Below, piece after piece: positions 63,733 through 64,000 of a stretch of DNA of 64,000 bases. Below the pieces are notes generated by a model. That model was given only the letters and a program-made list of their open reading frames with translations, was not told the DNA's origin and ran no database searches. Positions within the stretch are counted from its first letter, which is position 1, and every line of letters begins with the position of its first letter. The stretch is from the sequence record OL631482.1; one strand, 5' to 3'. A program made the position numbers and the translations under genes. This stretch comes from Escherichia phage ECML-359.

Positions 63733-64000
63733 AATCCGGAGGTATACATCATAAGATAACGGTGTATATCTTCGAATCCTTCGTTAAATTGTTCAATGAT
63801 TTGTTCAATTTCATCTTCAGATAAACTTTTAAACAATTTGTTAAACGATACATTGTTTAACTCATTCCCATTCTCATTTCTCAATCCCAACTCATTCAAA
63901 AACGCGATAAACACATCGCGCTTCATCGTAATATCTTCCCGGTCGGTTTTAATCAAAATTGAAGTTATAGTAACAATTTCAGAAACGATTTCAAATTTAG
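63729..64000 (-). CDS. asiA: Anti-sigma70 protein AsiA, 3' part (start at or beyond window edge)
   Basis: FIAFLNELG...FNEGFEDIHRYLMMYT matches T4 AsiA residues about 18-90; the ORF-track ATG at 63956 is probably internal. Confidence 0.75.
   Translation of the reverse strand, partial: KFEIVSEIVTITSILIKTDREDITMKRDVFIAFLNELGLRNENGNELNNVSFNKLFKSLSEDEIEQIIEQFNEGFEDIHRYLMMYTSGF

Overview
This window is a near-contiguous segment of a T4-like (Tevenvirinae) myovirus genome, with gene order almost perfectly syntenic to phage T4. Identifications rest on my recollection of T4 protein sequences and gene order; no database search was run. Left to right: end of terminase gene 17; late structural block 18-19-20-67-68-21-22-23-24 (plus strand); rnlB/hoc/inh (minus); uvsW, uvsW.1 (plus); uvsY, 25, 26 (minus); baseplate hub 51-27-28-29-48-54 (plus); then a long minus-strand early/middle region (alt, DNA ligase 30, 30.x ORFs, rIII, 31, cd, cd.x ORFs, pseT, spanins, alc, rnlA, denA, nrdB, nrdA, td, frd, frd.x ORFs, 32, 59, 33, dsbA, rnh); long tail fibre genes 34-35-36-37-38 and holin t (plus); and the 3' part of asiA (minus) at the right edge. 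Departures from T4 as I remember it: (1) a second, divergent gene-24 paralog in tandem; (2) no segD between 23 and 24, where an opposite-strand small ORF sits instead; (3) td and nrdB are uninterrupted; (4) gp37 carries a C-terminal intramolecular-chaperone-like domain and gp38 is a T2-type glycine-rich adhesin; (5) an extra small ORF upstream of alc duplicates the Alc N-terminal module; (6) a roughly 400 bp GC-rich stretch with no credible ORF lies between rIII and a small basic ORF; (7) several promoter/leader cassettes recur nearly verbatim. I found no CRISPR array, tRNA, rRNA, integrase or transposase. The GC-rich non-coding island and the repeated regulatory cassettes are the least explained parts of the window; I cannot name a single definite novel system from sequence alone. 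Coordinates taken from the ORF track are exact; coordinates of motifs and small ORFs I derived by hand may be off by a few nucleotides.
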